Positions 9,480-18,804 of a stretch of DNA of 64,000 bases are shown one piece after another. Within the stretch, counting starts at the first letter, position 1. Each line of letters starts with the position of its first letter. The DNA is from Treponema sp. (GTDB lineage Bacteria; Spirochaetota; Spirochaetia; Treponematales; Treponemataceae). The notes under the pieces were generated by a model. It was given only the letters and a program-made list of their open reading frames with translations, was not told the origin of the DNA and searched no databases. A program made the position numbers and the translations under genes. The DNA is taken from the NCBI GenBank assembly GCA_017962415.1, contig JAGCVK010000009.1:4811-68810 (forward strand), written 5' to 3'.

Positions 9480-10679
9480 TTAGTTTATGTCCGAAACGCG
9501 TTCCATTGGAGAAAGAATTTCTGTTACGCGCACACCAAAGTTTTCATCAATAACAACAACTTCACCTTTGGCAATTTTCTTGTGATTAACAAGAATATCA
9601 ACAGGTTCACCGGCAAGTTTATCAAGCTCGATAATTGTACCTTCACCCATTCCAAGAATATCTTTAATGGTTTTCTTTGTACGACCAAGCTCTACAGTCA
9701 TTTCCATGAATACGTCCATGATAAGACTGATATTTCCCTGTTCTCCAGCATTTAAGCCAGCCTGAAGGTTAGGATACTGGAGTTGTTGTACATTTGGAAC
9801 ATTCATACCCATATTTACGCCCATATTCTGTGGCATACCCATGTTTGGCATTCCGCCCATAGCCATACCTCCCATCCCCATATTAGGCATTCCACCCATC
9901 TGCTGCATACCCATATTCATACCCATGTTTGGCATTCCGCCCATTTGCTGCATGCCGCCCATATTTTGTGCACCTGCATTCATACCACCAATATCAATTG
10001 GTGTAAGACCTGCAGAGTTATCTTCAGCTGTTGTACCGCCCAAAGCCTTTGTAAGACCTTCAGCTGCATCTCCACCTATACATTCCCAAAGAGTATAAGC
10101 ATTTCCCTCGTAATTAAGAGGATAACTTGCAAGAACAAAATCTCCCTGCGGGAACATAATCATAGCTTTTGATTCATTAAGAGTTTCCGGAGTTGAATAG
10201 CCAAGCCCTTTTACAATGCCTTTTCCTTCAACTTCCTGGATTTCAGCGCTAATATGAGTTGCGATAAATTCTGAAACTACAGAAAGAACCATATCATCAA
10301 CTTCAGTTGCTTCTTCTGAACTTACCAGCTGGAAAATCTTAAGAGCAAACTCTGTTGACATAAGATAAAGGTGACTACCTTTTACGCCAGCATTATAATC
10401 GGCATTAATACCAATTACCACTTCAGGAAGTTTTGAAAGAAGATGATCTCTATTCGTCTGTTCTACTAAAGGATTTTCTGTAGTAAAAGTTACACTTGTT
10501 GTCTTATTTATATTTTCTTCAAGTTTTGGCTTAAGAGCATCTGCCATAGATTGAAGAGTCGGAATATCAAATTTATATGTAGGACCATTTCCTACATGAC
10601 CAGATGAATTTAATCCGTCTATTGCAACACCAGAAAGCAATGCATCAATTTCATCTTGTGATATAGCACCATCACTCAT
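9480..10679 (-). CDS. fliY: Flagellar motor switch protein FliY (FliN C-terminal domain)
   Basis: N-terminal SQDEIDALL peptide, CheC-like middle, Gly/Met-rich linker and C-terminal GEVVVIDENFGVRVTEI. RBS spacing favours the ATG at 10679. Confidence 0.93.
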   Translation of the reverse strand: MSDGAISQDEIDALLSGVAIDGLNSSGHVGNGPTYKFDIPTLQSMADALKPKLEENINKTTSVTFTTENPLVEQTNRDHLLSKLPEVVIGINADYNAGVKGSHLYLMSTEFALKIFQLVSSEEATEVDDMVLSVVSEFIATHISAEIQEVEGKGIVKGLGYSTPETLNESKAMIMFPQGDFVLASYPLNYEGNAYTLWECIGGDAAEGLTKALGGTTAEDNSAGLTPIDIGGMNAGAQNMGGMQQMGGMPNMGMNMGMQQMGGMPNMGMGGMAMGGMPNMGMPQNMGVNMGMNVPNVQQLQYPNLQAGLNAGEQGNISLIMDVFMEMTVELGRTKKTIKDILGMGEGTIIELDKLAGEPVDILVNHKKIAKGEVVVIDENFGVRVTEILSPMERVSDIN

Positions 10680-11709
10680 ACGTTTCATCTCCTTCTACAG
10701 AAAGCTCTTCAAATTCATCGGCTTCAATGTTTTCAATCTTTCCTGTAATTTGTACTGCCATTTTATTACCGACAACACCAGGCTGACAGTAAAACTTTTT
10801 CTTATTTCCAACGCTAAGTGTAAGAGGATCTCCAACCTTAACGCTTGAAAGACGCACAACATCGCCACATCTAAGCGAAAGCACGTCTCTAATAGGTAAA
10901 TTAATTGTACCTATTTCAGCCACTACATCCATATCGACAGTAGTAAGCTGCTGCTTTATAGTTCCCAAATATTGTGTTGTAGAACTCTTTCTTACAGATG
11001 AGAACCAGAACTGTGAAGAAAGTTTTGAAATAATCGGCTCAAGAACAAGGTAAGGAATACAAAAATTCATCATTCCTTCTTCATCACCAACTTTAGTTTC
11101 AAGTGTTACAAGTACGACCATTTCTGTTGGTGGAACAATCTGTGCAAACTGAGGATTTGTTTCAATCTGCGCAAAACGAGGGCGCAAATCAATTACCTGA
11201 GTCCAGGCCTCACGGATATTTGCAAGAATACGCACAATAACAGTTTCCATTACTTCCTGCTCAATATCTGTTAAATCGCGGTTTTTATTTCCAGTTGTTG
11301 CACCTCGTCCACCAAAAAGGCGGTCAATCATACAAAAAGTAATTGCAGGGTCGATTTCAAGTACGGCATTTCCTTTAAGAGGATCCATATTGATTACTGC
11401 AAGAGTTGTAGGCGTTGGAATAGAACGAATAAATTCCTCGTAAGTCAACTGATCTACAGAAGCAACGTGAACATGAACCAACGAACGAAGCTGCGCAGAA
11501 AGCGAAGTTGTTGTTAAACGCGCAAAGGTCTCATGCATATTTGAGACCGTACGCAACTGTTCCTTTGAGAATTTGTCAGGACGTTTGAAGTCATAAATCT
11601 TTATTTTGCGGGCACTATTGACCGGCTTAAAGTCATCTGCCTCGGAATCTCCCGAACTTATGGCTGTAAGAAGCTGGTCAATTTCGTCCTGTGACAGAAC
11701 TTCGTTCAT
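10672..11709 (-). CDS. fliM: Flagellar motor switch protein FliM
   Basis: LSQDEIDQLL and YDFKRPDKFSKEQLR. Confidence 0.97.
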   Translation of the reverse strand: MNEVLSQDEIDQLLTAISSGDSEADDFKPVNSARKIKIYDFKRPDKFSKEQLRTVSNMHETFARLTTTSLSAQLRSLVHVHVASVDQLTYEEFIRSIPTPTTLAVINMDPLKGNAVLEIDPAITFCMIDRLFGGRGATTGNKNRDLTDIEQEVMETVIVRILANIREAWTQVIDLRPRFAQIETNPQFAQIVPPTEMVVLVTLETKVGDEEGMMNFCIPYLVLEPIISKLSSQFWFSSVRKSSTTQYLGTIKQQLTTVDMDVVAEIGTINLPIRDVLSLRCGDVVRLSSVKVGDPLTLSVGNKKKFYCQPGVVGNKMAVQITGKIENIEADEFEELSVEGDETYE

Positions 11710-11724
11710 GCAACTCCACCTTTT

Positions 11725-12279
11725 TTAGTTTTGCTCAATAACATCTTTCTGCTGGAAAACAACATCACGGATTCGAGAACTACTCAAAATTTTGTCGTTA
11801 ATTCCGTTTTTGATTTCATTTTCCAAAGCATCTTCATTATTAGTATTACGCAATTCAGCTGCTGTTTTTCCACTAAAATATCGGCGCAAAAATGCTTTTA
11901 ATTCAACAGTTCGCTGCGTAATTTCTGTAGAAGTAGCTTTATCGTCCTTTTTATAAGCAAGGGCAACATCTACTCTAACAGTAGCAGGAGGGTCATCACA
12001 TGTAGTTGTCTGGATTATACCTAATGATGTGTACCAGTCGTAGATTTCTCTTTGACCAGAAACATATTCTTCTGAGGTTGGTATTGCTGTTACCTGCGTA
12101 GAATTCTTGCTGGTAATCTTAACAGTTACCACTACAACAACCACAATTACAATGATTGCGGCAAGTCCTATAATCACCCATTTTAGCAAACCTGAAAGTA
12201 AACCGCCAAAACCGCGCTTTTTTTCCGGCGCAGTACCAGCTCCACCTTCTTCCAGGTTGATTTCATCATCGTCTGCCAT
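11725..12279 (-). CDS. fliL: Flagellar basal body protein FliL
   Basis: Single TM helix; lies between motB and fliM. Confidence 0.9.
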   Translation of the reverse strand: MADDDEINLEEGGAGTAPEKKRGFGGLLSGLLKWVIIGLAAIIVIVVVVVVTVKITSKNSTQVTAIPTSEEYVSGQREIYDWYTSLGIIQTTTCDDPPATVRVDVALAYKKDDKATSTEITQRTVELKAFLRRYFSGKTAAELRNTNNEDALENEIKNGINDKILSSSRIRDVVFQQKDVIEQN

Positions 12280-12318
12280 TTCCCCTCCAGCAAATCAATA
12301 ACACTAAATATTTTAGCA

Positions 12319-13047
12319 TTAAAAGTGTCCTTCGTCTAGGATAATAATATCCACACGCCTGTTATACGCACGTCCCTCTGCCGTATCGTTGGTAAACTTT
12401 GGTCTTGTATCAGCATAACCGGCAATAGAAAAATCATTTTCTCTTACACCATAATCGGCTAAATAATGAAGAACATTAACAGCTCTTGTTGCAGAAAGTT
12501 CCCAATTGCTCGGAAATTTTGAATTTTCAGCAACCGGAGTATTATCTGTATGACCTTCAATTCTAAATCTTCTTCCTTTTAGCTCATCTGAGCGGAAAAA
12601 ATCAGCGAGCCGCAGCAAAGTTTCGCGTGTATCATTTATATTTAATTCCGCACTTCCCTCTTCAAAAAAATTATCCGAAAGAAGTGTAATAATAAGACCT
12701 CGTTCATCGCTGGTAATTGTGATTTTTGCAGATTTTGTGTCAGGAGCAAAAAGACTTACAGCCTTCTTTTTTGCAAGACCTAAAGATTTTCCTTTTTCGA
12801 GAGAAGGAAGCGAGTTTATGTTATTTCCTAAATCAGAAAGCTGTCCCGCAGACAAAGAAAGACCGCCGGAAGTTGTATCAGTTTCCTGCATCTGAAGGCT
12901 CTGCGTAATTGTTGCCATTTGGGTAACATCTACTTCCGAAGGGTTATAAAGCATAACGAAGAAGCAGAGCATGAGAGTAATCATATCACCATAAGTACCA
13001 AGCCAGGCGGTTGATGGTTTTTCGGGCTGTTTAGCTTTCTTTCCCAT
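12319..13047 (-). CDS. motB: Flagellar stator MotB
   Basis: [17 protein letters not shown] and OmpA-like GHTD...NWELSATRA...NRRV. Confidence 0.97.
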   Translation of the reverse strand: MGKKAKQPEKPSTAWLGTYGDMITLMLCFFVMLYNPSEVDVTQMATITQSLQMQETDTTSGGLSLSAGQLSDLGNNINSLPSLEKGKSLGLAKKKAVSLFAPDTKSAKITITSDERGLIITLLSDNFFEEGSAELNINDTRETLLRLADFFRSDELKGRRFRIEGHTDNTPVAENSKFPSNWELSATRAVNVLHYLADYGVRENDFSIAGYADTRPKFTNDTAEGRAYNRRVDIIILDEGHF

Positions 13048-13068
13048 TTTTCTATTTAATCCTTAAAA

Positions 13069-13851
13069 CTAATCCTTCAAAACATCAGCTTCTATAGCCT
13101 TTCTTGTAACCGGATCAAGATAAGTAAGAAGTTTCTGTGCCATAATACGAGGGTTTTCACCAGCCTGAATAGCAAGTACACCTTCAATAATCATTTCTTT
13201 TGAACGCATTTCCTGCGCATTCTGATTTGCAAGTTTTGTTGAGAACGGAGTAATCAACCAGTTGGCCATCATAGAACCGTACAATGTTGTAATCAACGCA
13301 ACGGCCATGTTAGGACCAAGCGAAGATTTATCTTCGAGGTTACGAAGCATACCAATAAGACCAAGTACAGTACCCATCATACCAAAGCCTGGAGCAAATC
13401 CAGCCCACGCATTGATAAGTCCAATCCATTCCATATGACGGTTTTCAACCTGAGTCATTTCGTTTTCCATAATTGCACGAATAATATTTCCGTCGGTACC
13501 GTCAACAACAAGGCGAAGTCCCATTTTCATAAACGGATCGTCCAAATCATCAAGACCGTCTTCCAAAGCAAGAATACCTTCGCGGCGAGCTTTTTCAGAA
13601 AGCGCCTGCATATTTATTACAATATTTTTTTCACCAAAATCCGGAACCTTAAAAGCCTTAGCCATAATTTTGAACATACCAAGTGCTTTTTTTAAAGGAG
13701 CCGCAATGAACATTGCGAAGTAAGAACCACCGATAGTCATGAAAACAGACGGAACATCGATAATTCCACCCAATGTACCACCTGATGTCAATACAGACAT
13801 GACGATCATGGCTGCACCACCAACAATACCCAGTATACTTGCTATATCCAT
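13069..13851 (-). CDS. motA: Flagellar stator MotA
   Basis: ARREGILALE, PGFGMMGTVLGLI and MAVALITTLYG. Confidence 0.97.
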   Translation of the reverse strand: MDIASILGIVGGAAMIVMSVLTSGGTLGGIIDVPSVFMTIGGSYFAMFIAAPLKKALGMFKIMAKAFKVPDFGEKNIVINMQALSEKARREGILALEDGLDDLDDPFMKMGLRLVVDGTDGNIIRAIMENEMTQVENRHMEWIGLINAWAGFAPGFGMMGTVLGLIGMLRNLEDKSSLGPNMAVALITTLYGSMMANWLITPFSTKLANQNAQEMRSKEMIIEGVLAIQAGENPRIMAQKLLTYLDPVTRKAIEADVLKD

Positions 13852-14051
13852 TACAAGACCTCTTGCCTTTCAACACCGATATTTCTTCGGTATTCAATTA
13901 TTTTATTTATAATATCATCTGGGGAATTTCTGACAATGATTTTACGACCAGACAGCATTGTTAGCGTCAAGTCAGGAGTTGATTCCATACTTTCAATCAT
14001 GTGCGGATTCACCCAATAAATTTTCCCATCTAACCGCATTACTTCAATCAT
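13851..14051 (-). CDS. flbD: Flagellar protein FlbD/SwrD
   Basis: MIEVMRLDG...VNPHMIESMESTPD...LSGRKIIV; immediately upstream of motA. Confidence 0.9.
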   Translation of the reverse strand: MIEVMRLDGKIYWVNPHMIESMESTPDLTLTMLSGRKIIVRNSPDDIINKIIEYRRNIGVERQEVL

Positions 14052-14094
14052 AATTAAATGTGTCAAAATATGATTATTCTTCTAATCTAATTTA

Positions 14095-14158
14095 GAAACA
14101 GTACTTAGCAAATGACATTCGCGCTTCGCTTGTGTTGATATTGTCGAAGCACTATTTC
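14095..14158. repeat. Dispersed REP-like palindrome, copy A
   Basis: Core AATGACATTCGCGCTTCGCTTGTGTTGATATTG matches the copies at 42298 and 60756. Confidence 0.8.
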
Positions 14159-14200
14159 CAAATTTTAAGTTAAAAAAAATATCTAAATTTCGACTCTTTA

Positions 14201-14228
14201 ATTATAATCTTTTTTTTTCATATTTCAA
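14201..14228 (-). promoter_or_regulatory. Putative sigma-70 promoter of the flbD-fliA operon
   Basis: TTGAAA-16nt-TATAAT on the minus strand. The region is AT-rich, so a chance match is possible. Confidence 0.45.
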
Positions 14229-14453
14229 TTAATATTTTTATTCTTGCCTTAAAAATCGGTGATTTTTTGGGTTTTTTAGAGTATTTTTATAATTTTTTAT
14301 TATTTTGTCAGATTTTAGTTCATTTTTTTTGAGTTTAGTTTATATTTTATAATATAAGGAAGCGCGATAATCAGTGCAGATTTTGACGTTGGCAAAACTG
14401 CGATTCACTGCCTCCATTCAGTGCCACTAACGAGGTATTTATAAGGAAATAAA

Positions 14454-15173
14454 ATGAAAAACGCACCGTATATCTGCATAATTGAAGACGAAGAATCAAT
14501 TTCAAGGCTTATAAGCATGTATCTTAATAAAGAAAATATGGCCACGAAAGCCTTTTTTAATGCAGAAGATGCACTTTCTGCTTTTTCAGATTTAAAAGAT
14601 TCGATTTTTCTTCCACAGCTCATTATTTTAGATTTAAATCTTCCGGGCATGAGCGGTTTTGACTTTCTTGAAGAAATGAAAAAACTTTTTGCAAAAAATA
14701 TTCCACCAACAATCATTCTTTCGGCACGCGATTCAGATGAAGATATAATTAAAGGGCTTGGCTTTGGAGCTGATGAATTTATCACAAAACCTTTTTCTCC
14801 AAGCGTTCTTGTGGCAAGAATCAAAGCAATTTTGCGCCGCCAGAGTCTTTGCTGCGAAAAAGAAGATTCAATTGACTTCGGCGATTTTACAATTCTTTTA
14901 AATAGCTGCGTTCTCAAAAAAGGAAATCAAAAAATCCAGCTTTCTACAAAAGAATACGAAGTTCTCGAATATCTTGTTAAAAATGCAGGCCAGGTTCTTT
15001 CGCCAGATAAAATTTATAAAGCCATTTGGAAAGTTGAATTCGGCGACATTACAGCCGTTGCAGTTTATATTCAGCGTCTTAGAAAAAAAATCGAAGAAGA
15101 TCCTGCAAAATGCAAATATATCAAAACCGAATTTGGAAAAGGCTATATTTTTTCAAAAGAAGCTATAAAATAG
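14454..15173 (+). CDS. OmpR-family response regulator
   Basis: Receiver domain (EDE, LDLNLPG, KPF) plus a winged-helix domain (AVYIQRLRKKIE, TEFGKGY). Confidence 0.95.
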   Translation: MKNAPYICIIEDEESISRLISMYLNKENMATKAFFNAEDALSAFSDLKDSIFLPQLIILDLNLPGMSGFDFLEEMKKLFAKNIPPTIILSARDSDEDIIKGLGFGADEFITKPFSPSVLVARIKAILRRQSLCCEKEDSIDFGDFTILLNSCVLKKGNQKIQLSTKEYEVLEYLVKNAGQVLSPDKIYKAIWKVEFGDITAVAVYIQRLRKKIEEDPAKCKYIKTEFGKGYIFSKEAIK

Positions 15174-15177
15174 ACTT

Positions 15178-16557
15178 ATGACAATTAAAAGACAGTTTAT
15201 AATTCTTTCCTCAACACTTATTGCAATTCCAATTTTGTGCACACTTTTTATTGTTTGTTACAGTTATTTTTATTCGCCAAACCGATATTATCTTACCGGA
15301 ACAAACATTTTTGAAAATCTCGATGAATTAAATTTTACGCACAGCGATATTAACCGCATAAAAGCTTCAATCCGCAAGTTACCTTCAGATGTTCAGGTTT
15401 GCGCAATTCTTTCTGATACAGATGAAATTTTATATTCTTCAATTCCAGAATTAAAAGAAATTAATCATAGCGATGTAAAAATCTGGAATTTTATAAACGA
15501 ATCTTCAAGCAAATATTTTTACCAGTTTTCTTCGCCGCCGCTAAAAAATTCAAAAATTTATGTTATAACGCGAGTCTCACGGCAAAGAGAAAAACACGAA
15601 AAACGAAAAGCACTTTACTCGGCTTTACTTTTAACGGTTTTTCTGGCAATTATCGCAAGCCTTATTTTGATTACATTGATTTCAAGAACAATTTTTAAAT
15701 CAATTAAACGCGTTGAAAAATCAACGTACCAGCTTGCAGAAGGAAATTTAAACGAAATTATTGCGCACGAAAACGAATCGCTTCACGGAAACGAACTTAC
15801 TGCAATTTTACAAAGCCTCGAAAAAATGCGCCGCGAACTGCTTGAAATCTTAGAACGAAAAAACCGTTTTATTATGGGAATCAGCCACGATTTAAGAACG
15901 CCGGTTGCAGTTATAAAAGGTTATTCAGAAGCTATAAAAGACGGAATTATCTGCGAAGCAAATGATATAAAAGACACTTTCGGGCTAATAGATTCAAAAA
16001 CAATTCAGCTTGAACAAATGATTGACACTCTAATCAACTTTATGAAACTGAATAATTACGAAATCAAAGAGCAGCTGGTTCAAACTTCTATCACAAAAAT
16101 CATAAAAAACTTTGCAAAATACGCAGAAATTACAGGCACCGTTTTTGACCGCAATATTAAAACTGATATTCAGATTGAAAAAGAAATCAAAGTTCCGCTA
16201 AATTCGCTTTTAGTTCAGCGCTCTTTTGAAAATATTTTCAGCAATGCAATCCGTTATACTAAAAAAAATGGCGTTATTGAACTTTGCGCATTTATTAACC
16301 AAACAAAAAATCAAAAATCAATAAAATTTCAAATAAAAGATGACGGAATTGGAATTGCACAAAAAGATATTCCGCACATTTTTGATATGTTTTACAGAGG
16401 AACTAATTCCCGCCGCGAAGAAGGAATGGGAATTGGGCTTTCGGTTGTAAAAAATATTATGGACACTCACGGCTGGAACATCACCGTCACTTCACAAAAA
16501 GGAAACGGCAGCTGTTTTACAATTGAAATTCCTCTTGAAAACTGCATTGAAGAATAA
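15178..16557 (+). CDS. HAMP-domain sensor histidine kinase
   Basis: Two TM helices, H-box SHDLRTP, N-box NAIRY and G-boxes DDGIG/GMGIGL. Confidence 0.95.
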   Translation: MTIKRQFIILSSTLIAIPILCTLFIVCYSYFYSPNRYYLTGTNIFENLDELNFTHSDINRIKASIRKLPSDVQVCAILSDTDEILYSSIPELKEINHSDVKIWNFINESSSKYFYQFSSPPLKNSKIYVITRVSRQREKHEKRKALYSALLLTVFLAIIASLILITLISRTIFKSIKRVEKSTYQLAEGNLNEIIAHENESLHGNELTAILQSLEKMRRELLEILERKNRFIMGISHDLRTPVAVIKGYSEAIKDGIICEANDIKDTFGLIDSKTIQLEQMIDTLINFMKLNNYEIKEQLVQTSITKIIKNFAKYAEITGTVFDRNIKTDIQIEKEIKVPLNSLLVQRSFENIFSNAIRYTKKNGVIELCAFINQTKNQKSIKFQIKDDGIGIAQKDIPHIFDMFYRGTNSRREEGMGIGLSVVKNIMDTHGWNITVTSQKGNGSCFTIEIPLENCIEE

Positions 16558-16572
16558 ACCGGCAAAATTAAT

Positions 16573-17805
16573 TTACAGCAATTCTTCGAGAAAAGTGTTC
16601 AAAAACAAAATTCCTTTTGAATTAAGCGCGTAGCGAACATCATCGTTTTCATTTTTTTGAAAAGCAAGGCCTTTCTTTTCCCAATCAGAAAAAAGCTCAA
16701 GAAATTTTTGCGGAAGCGGCTTTTTAAAACAGCTGAAAAACTGTTTTTTTGTAATTCCGCTTAATTTTCGCATTCCCATCATAAAAAACTCAAATTGCGA
16801 AGTTTCTAAAGTCAGTTTTTCCAAATTTTGCGGATAATTTTGCAAAGACTGATTTTTTTGATTTTGGTTCCAAAAACTGATGTATTTTTCAACATCGGTT
16901 GTATTTGTCCAGCGAAGTCCGGCTTCTTTTTCAAAACTTGCAGCATTTGCAATTTGCGATTCTTCATTTTCAAAAAACTGGTTGTAAACAGTTCCTGTAG
17001 CACCGCTTCCGCAGCCAATATAACCTTGATGATTCCAATAAACAAGATTGTGATGGCAGTTTTTTTCGGGCAAACTGAAATTTGAAACTTCATACTGGCT
17101 GTAGCCGTTTTTTTCCAAATAATCACGGCCGCAAAGCCAAAGTTTGTCCGCTTTATCAAAATCATAATCAAAAGCGCCTTGAGCTAAAGCTCGTCCCAAA
17201 GCGGTGTTTTCTTCAATCGTAAGCGAATAAAGCGAAATATGAGCGGGTTTTATTTTGCAAATCTGATTTATAGATTCCAAAAGATTTTTTTCGTCATCGC
17301 CGGGCAAAGCTGAAATCAAATCCACAGAAACATCGCCTTTCCAGTTATTTTGCAAAAGCTCTAATGCACGCTGATTTGTTTTTGAATCCGCTCGCCGGCC
17401 AACAAATTTTAAGCAATTTTGATTCATTGTTTGAATGCCGCACGAAATTCTGTTTACACCGCACTTTTGCAAAGTTTCCAAAAGTTCTTTTGTAACATCA
17501 TCAGGATTTACTTCGACTGTGATTTCGCAATCTGATTCTAGGGCGGCGGCGCTTTTTATGCACGAAAAAAGTTCTTCAAAATCATTTTTGCTCAAAAGGC
17601 TTGGCGTTCCGCCGCCAATGTAAATAGTTTTCAGCGATTTTACATCAAAATCAAAAAAACGCTGTTTTATTTCATTGCAAAGAGAGTGAATATACCCAAA
17701 AGGAATGGACGATTTGCTGCAAGGCTTACTAAAAAAATCACAATAAGCACATTTTGAGAGACAAAAAGGAATATGAACATAAAGGGAGAAACATTTTTGA
17801 AACAT
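16573..17805 (-). CDS. hemW: Radical SAM heme chaperone HemW (HemN-like)
   Basis: YVHIPFCLSKCAYCDF, GGGTPS, YEVSNF and HNLVYW. Confidence 0.9.
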   Translation of the reverse strand: MFQKCFSLYVHIPFCLSKCAYCDFFSKPCSKSSIPFGYIHSLCNEIKQRFFDFDVKSLKTIYIGGGTPSLLSKNDFEELFSCIKSAAALESDCEITVEVNPDDVTKELLETLQKCGVNRISCGIQTMNQNCLKFVGRRADSKTNQRALELLQNNWKGDVSVDLISALPGDDEKNLLESINQICKIKPAHISLYSLTIEENTALGRALAQGAFDYDFDKADKLWLCGRDYLEKNGYSQYEVSNFSLPEKNCHHNLVYWNHQGYIGCGSGATGTVYNQFFENEESQIANAASFEKEAGLRWTNTTDVEKYISFWNQNQKNQSLQNYPQNLEKLTLETSQFEFFMMGMRKLSGITKKQFFSCFKKPLPQKFLELFSDWEKKGLAFQKNENDDVRYALNSKGILFLNTFLEELL

Positions 17806-17827
17806 AACTTCCCAAATTAGATTTCAA

Positions 17828-18526
17828 TTAAAAAATCTTAAAATCTCTGAACGGAAAATAACACATTAAAGCCTTTGCGCTAATATCTTCTTTATTTACA
17901 GCGCCCCAAAGTCTTGAATCGTCCGAAGATTTTCTATTATCTGCAAGCACAAAATACTGATCTGAACCAAGTGTAAATTCTTCAAAAGAGCCTTTTACGC
18001 CAATTTCTGTATCCCACTCAGTTGGCGGAACATAAAAAGTAACATTATACGGTTCTTCGACAATTTCAAATTCTGTAAGAAAATGACGCTCGCCAGCAGG
18101 TTTTACATACAAAACATAATCCCGCATATAAATTGTATCGCCCGGAAGCGCAACTATTCTTCTTGTATGATATTTTGAAGAAGGAAGTTCTGAGTTTTCC
18201 AAAATCGAAATCTGCTGAGCAGTAAAAAAACGAACAAAACGGTCAAGCTGTCTTACAATAAAACTAGGCTTTTTATCATCTCGAGGTTTTAAAAGCACAA
18301 CATCGCCGCGTGTATAATTTTTGATTACTGGCGAAAACATAACTACAGATTTTTCAGAAACATCAGGAATCATTGAAACAGAATGCTGTCTTACGGGAAA
18401 CACTAAAAAAGAATTAACTAAATTTACAAAAACATAAAGACAAATCATAAATACAACAAAATGCACGGTGCGGCGATTTCGCTGTCTTTTTAACTGATAT
18501 GAAAAAACATCTGCATTACGACTCAA
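17828..18526 (-). CDS. lepB: Signal peptidase I-like protein (catalytic Lys replaced by Arg)
   Basis: SVSMIP, RRIVALPGD and YFVLADNRKSSDDSRLWG. Confidence 0.85.
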   Translation of the reverse strand: MSRNADVFSYQLKRQRNRRTVHFVVFMICLYVFVNLVNSFLVFPVRQHSVSMIPDVSEKSVVMFSPVIKNYTRGDVVLLKPRDDKKPSFIVRQLDRFVRFFTAQQISILENSELPSSKYHTRRIVALPGDTIYMRDYVLYVKPAGERHFLTEFEIVEEPYNVTFYVPPTEWDTEIGVKGSFEEFTLGSDQYFVLADNRKSSDDSRLWGAVNKEDISAKALMCYFPFRDFKIF

Positions 18527-18617
18527 AGCTCATTCCTTAAATTAAATTAGTTTTTCTTTAAAATATCACAAACAAATAATACTTACAATCAGGATTTTTG
18601 CATTATGACAATCTAAA

Positions 18618-18769
18618 TTAAAAAAAACAGAGTGGAAGTAAGGTTGAAATACACTCTGAACGTCTTTTCTTCCTCTCCGTTTTTTTAAGTTATGTGTAAC
18701 CAATCACAAGTTTTGTTTTTTTTATTTATTAAGAAGATAAGCCAGATGTGCTTTAGTAACACATAACTT
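18618..18769. other. Two adjacent long intergenic hairpins
   Basis: Inverted repeats AAAAAAAC..GGAAG/CTTCC..GTTTTTTT and AAGTTATGTGT/ACACATAACTT. Confidence 0.6.
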
Positions 18770-18796
18770 GAAAGCAATAACACTATACTTTATAAT
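18768..18796 (+). promoter_or_regulatory. Sigma-70 promoter of smpB (near-leaderless)
   Basis: TTGAAA-17-TATAAT, ending 8 nt before the ATG, with no SD. Confidence 0.7.
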
Positions 18797-18804
18797 AAGT
18801 AATT

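Noticed and set aside
14358-14420. tRNA-like gene (GGA...TCCA ends)
   Set aside because: It has no D-arm, anticodon arm or TTC T-loop cloverleaf. Retained only as a leader hairpin.
18527-18804. tmRNA (ssrA) next to smpB
   Set aside because: The region is too short and lacks a GGGG 5' end, a tRNA-like 3' end and a tag ORF.
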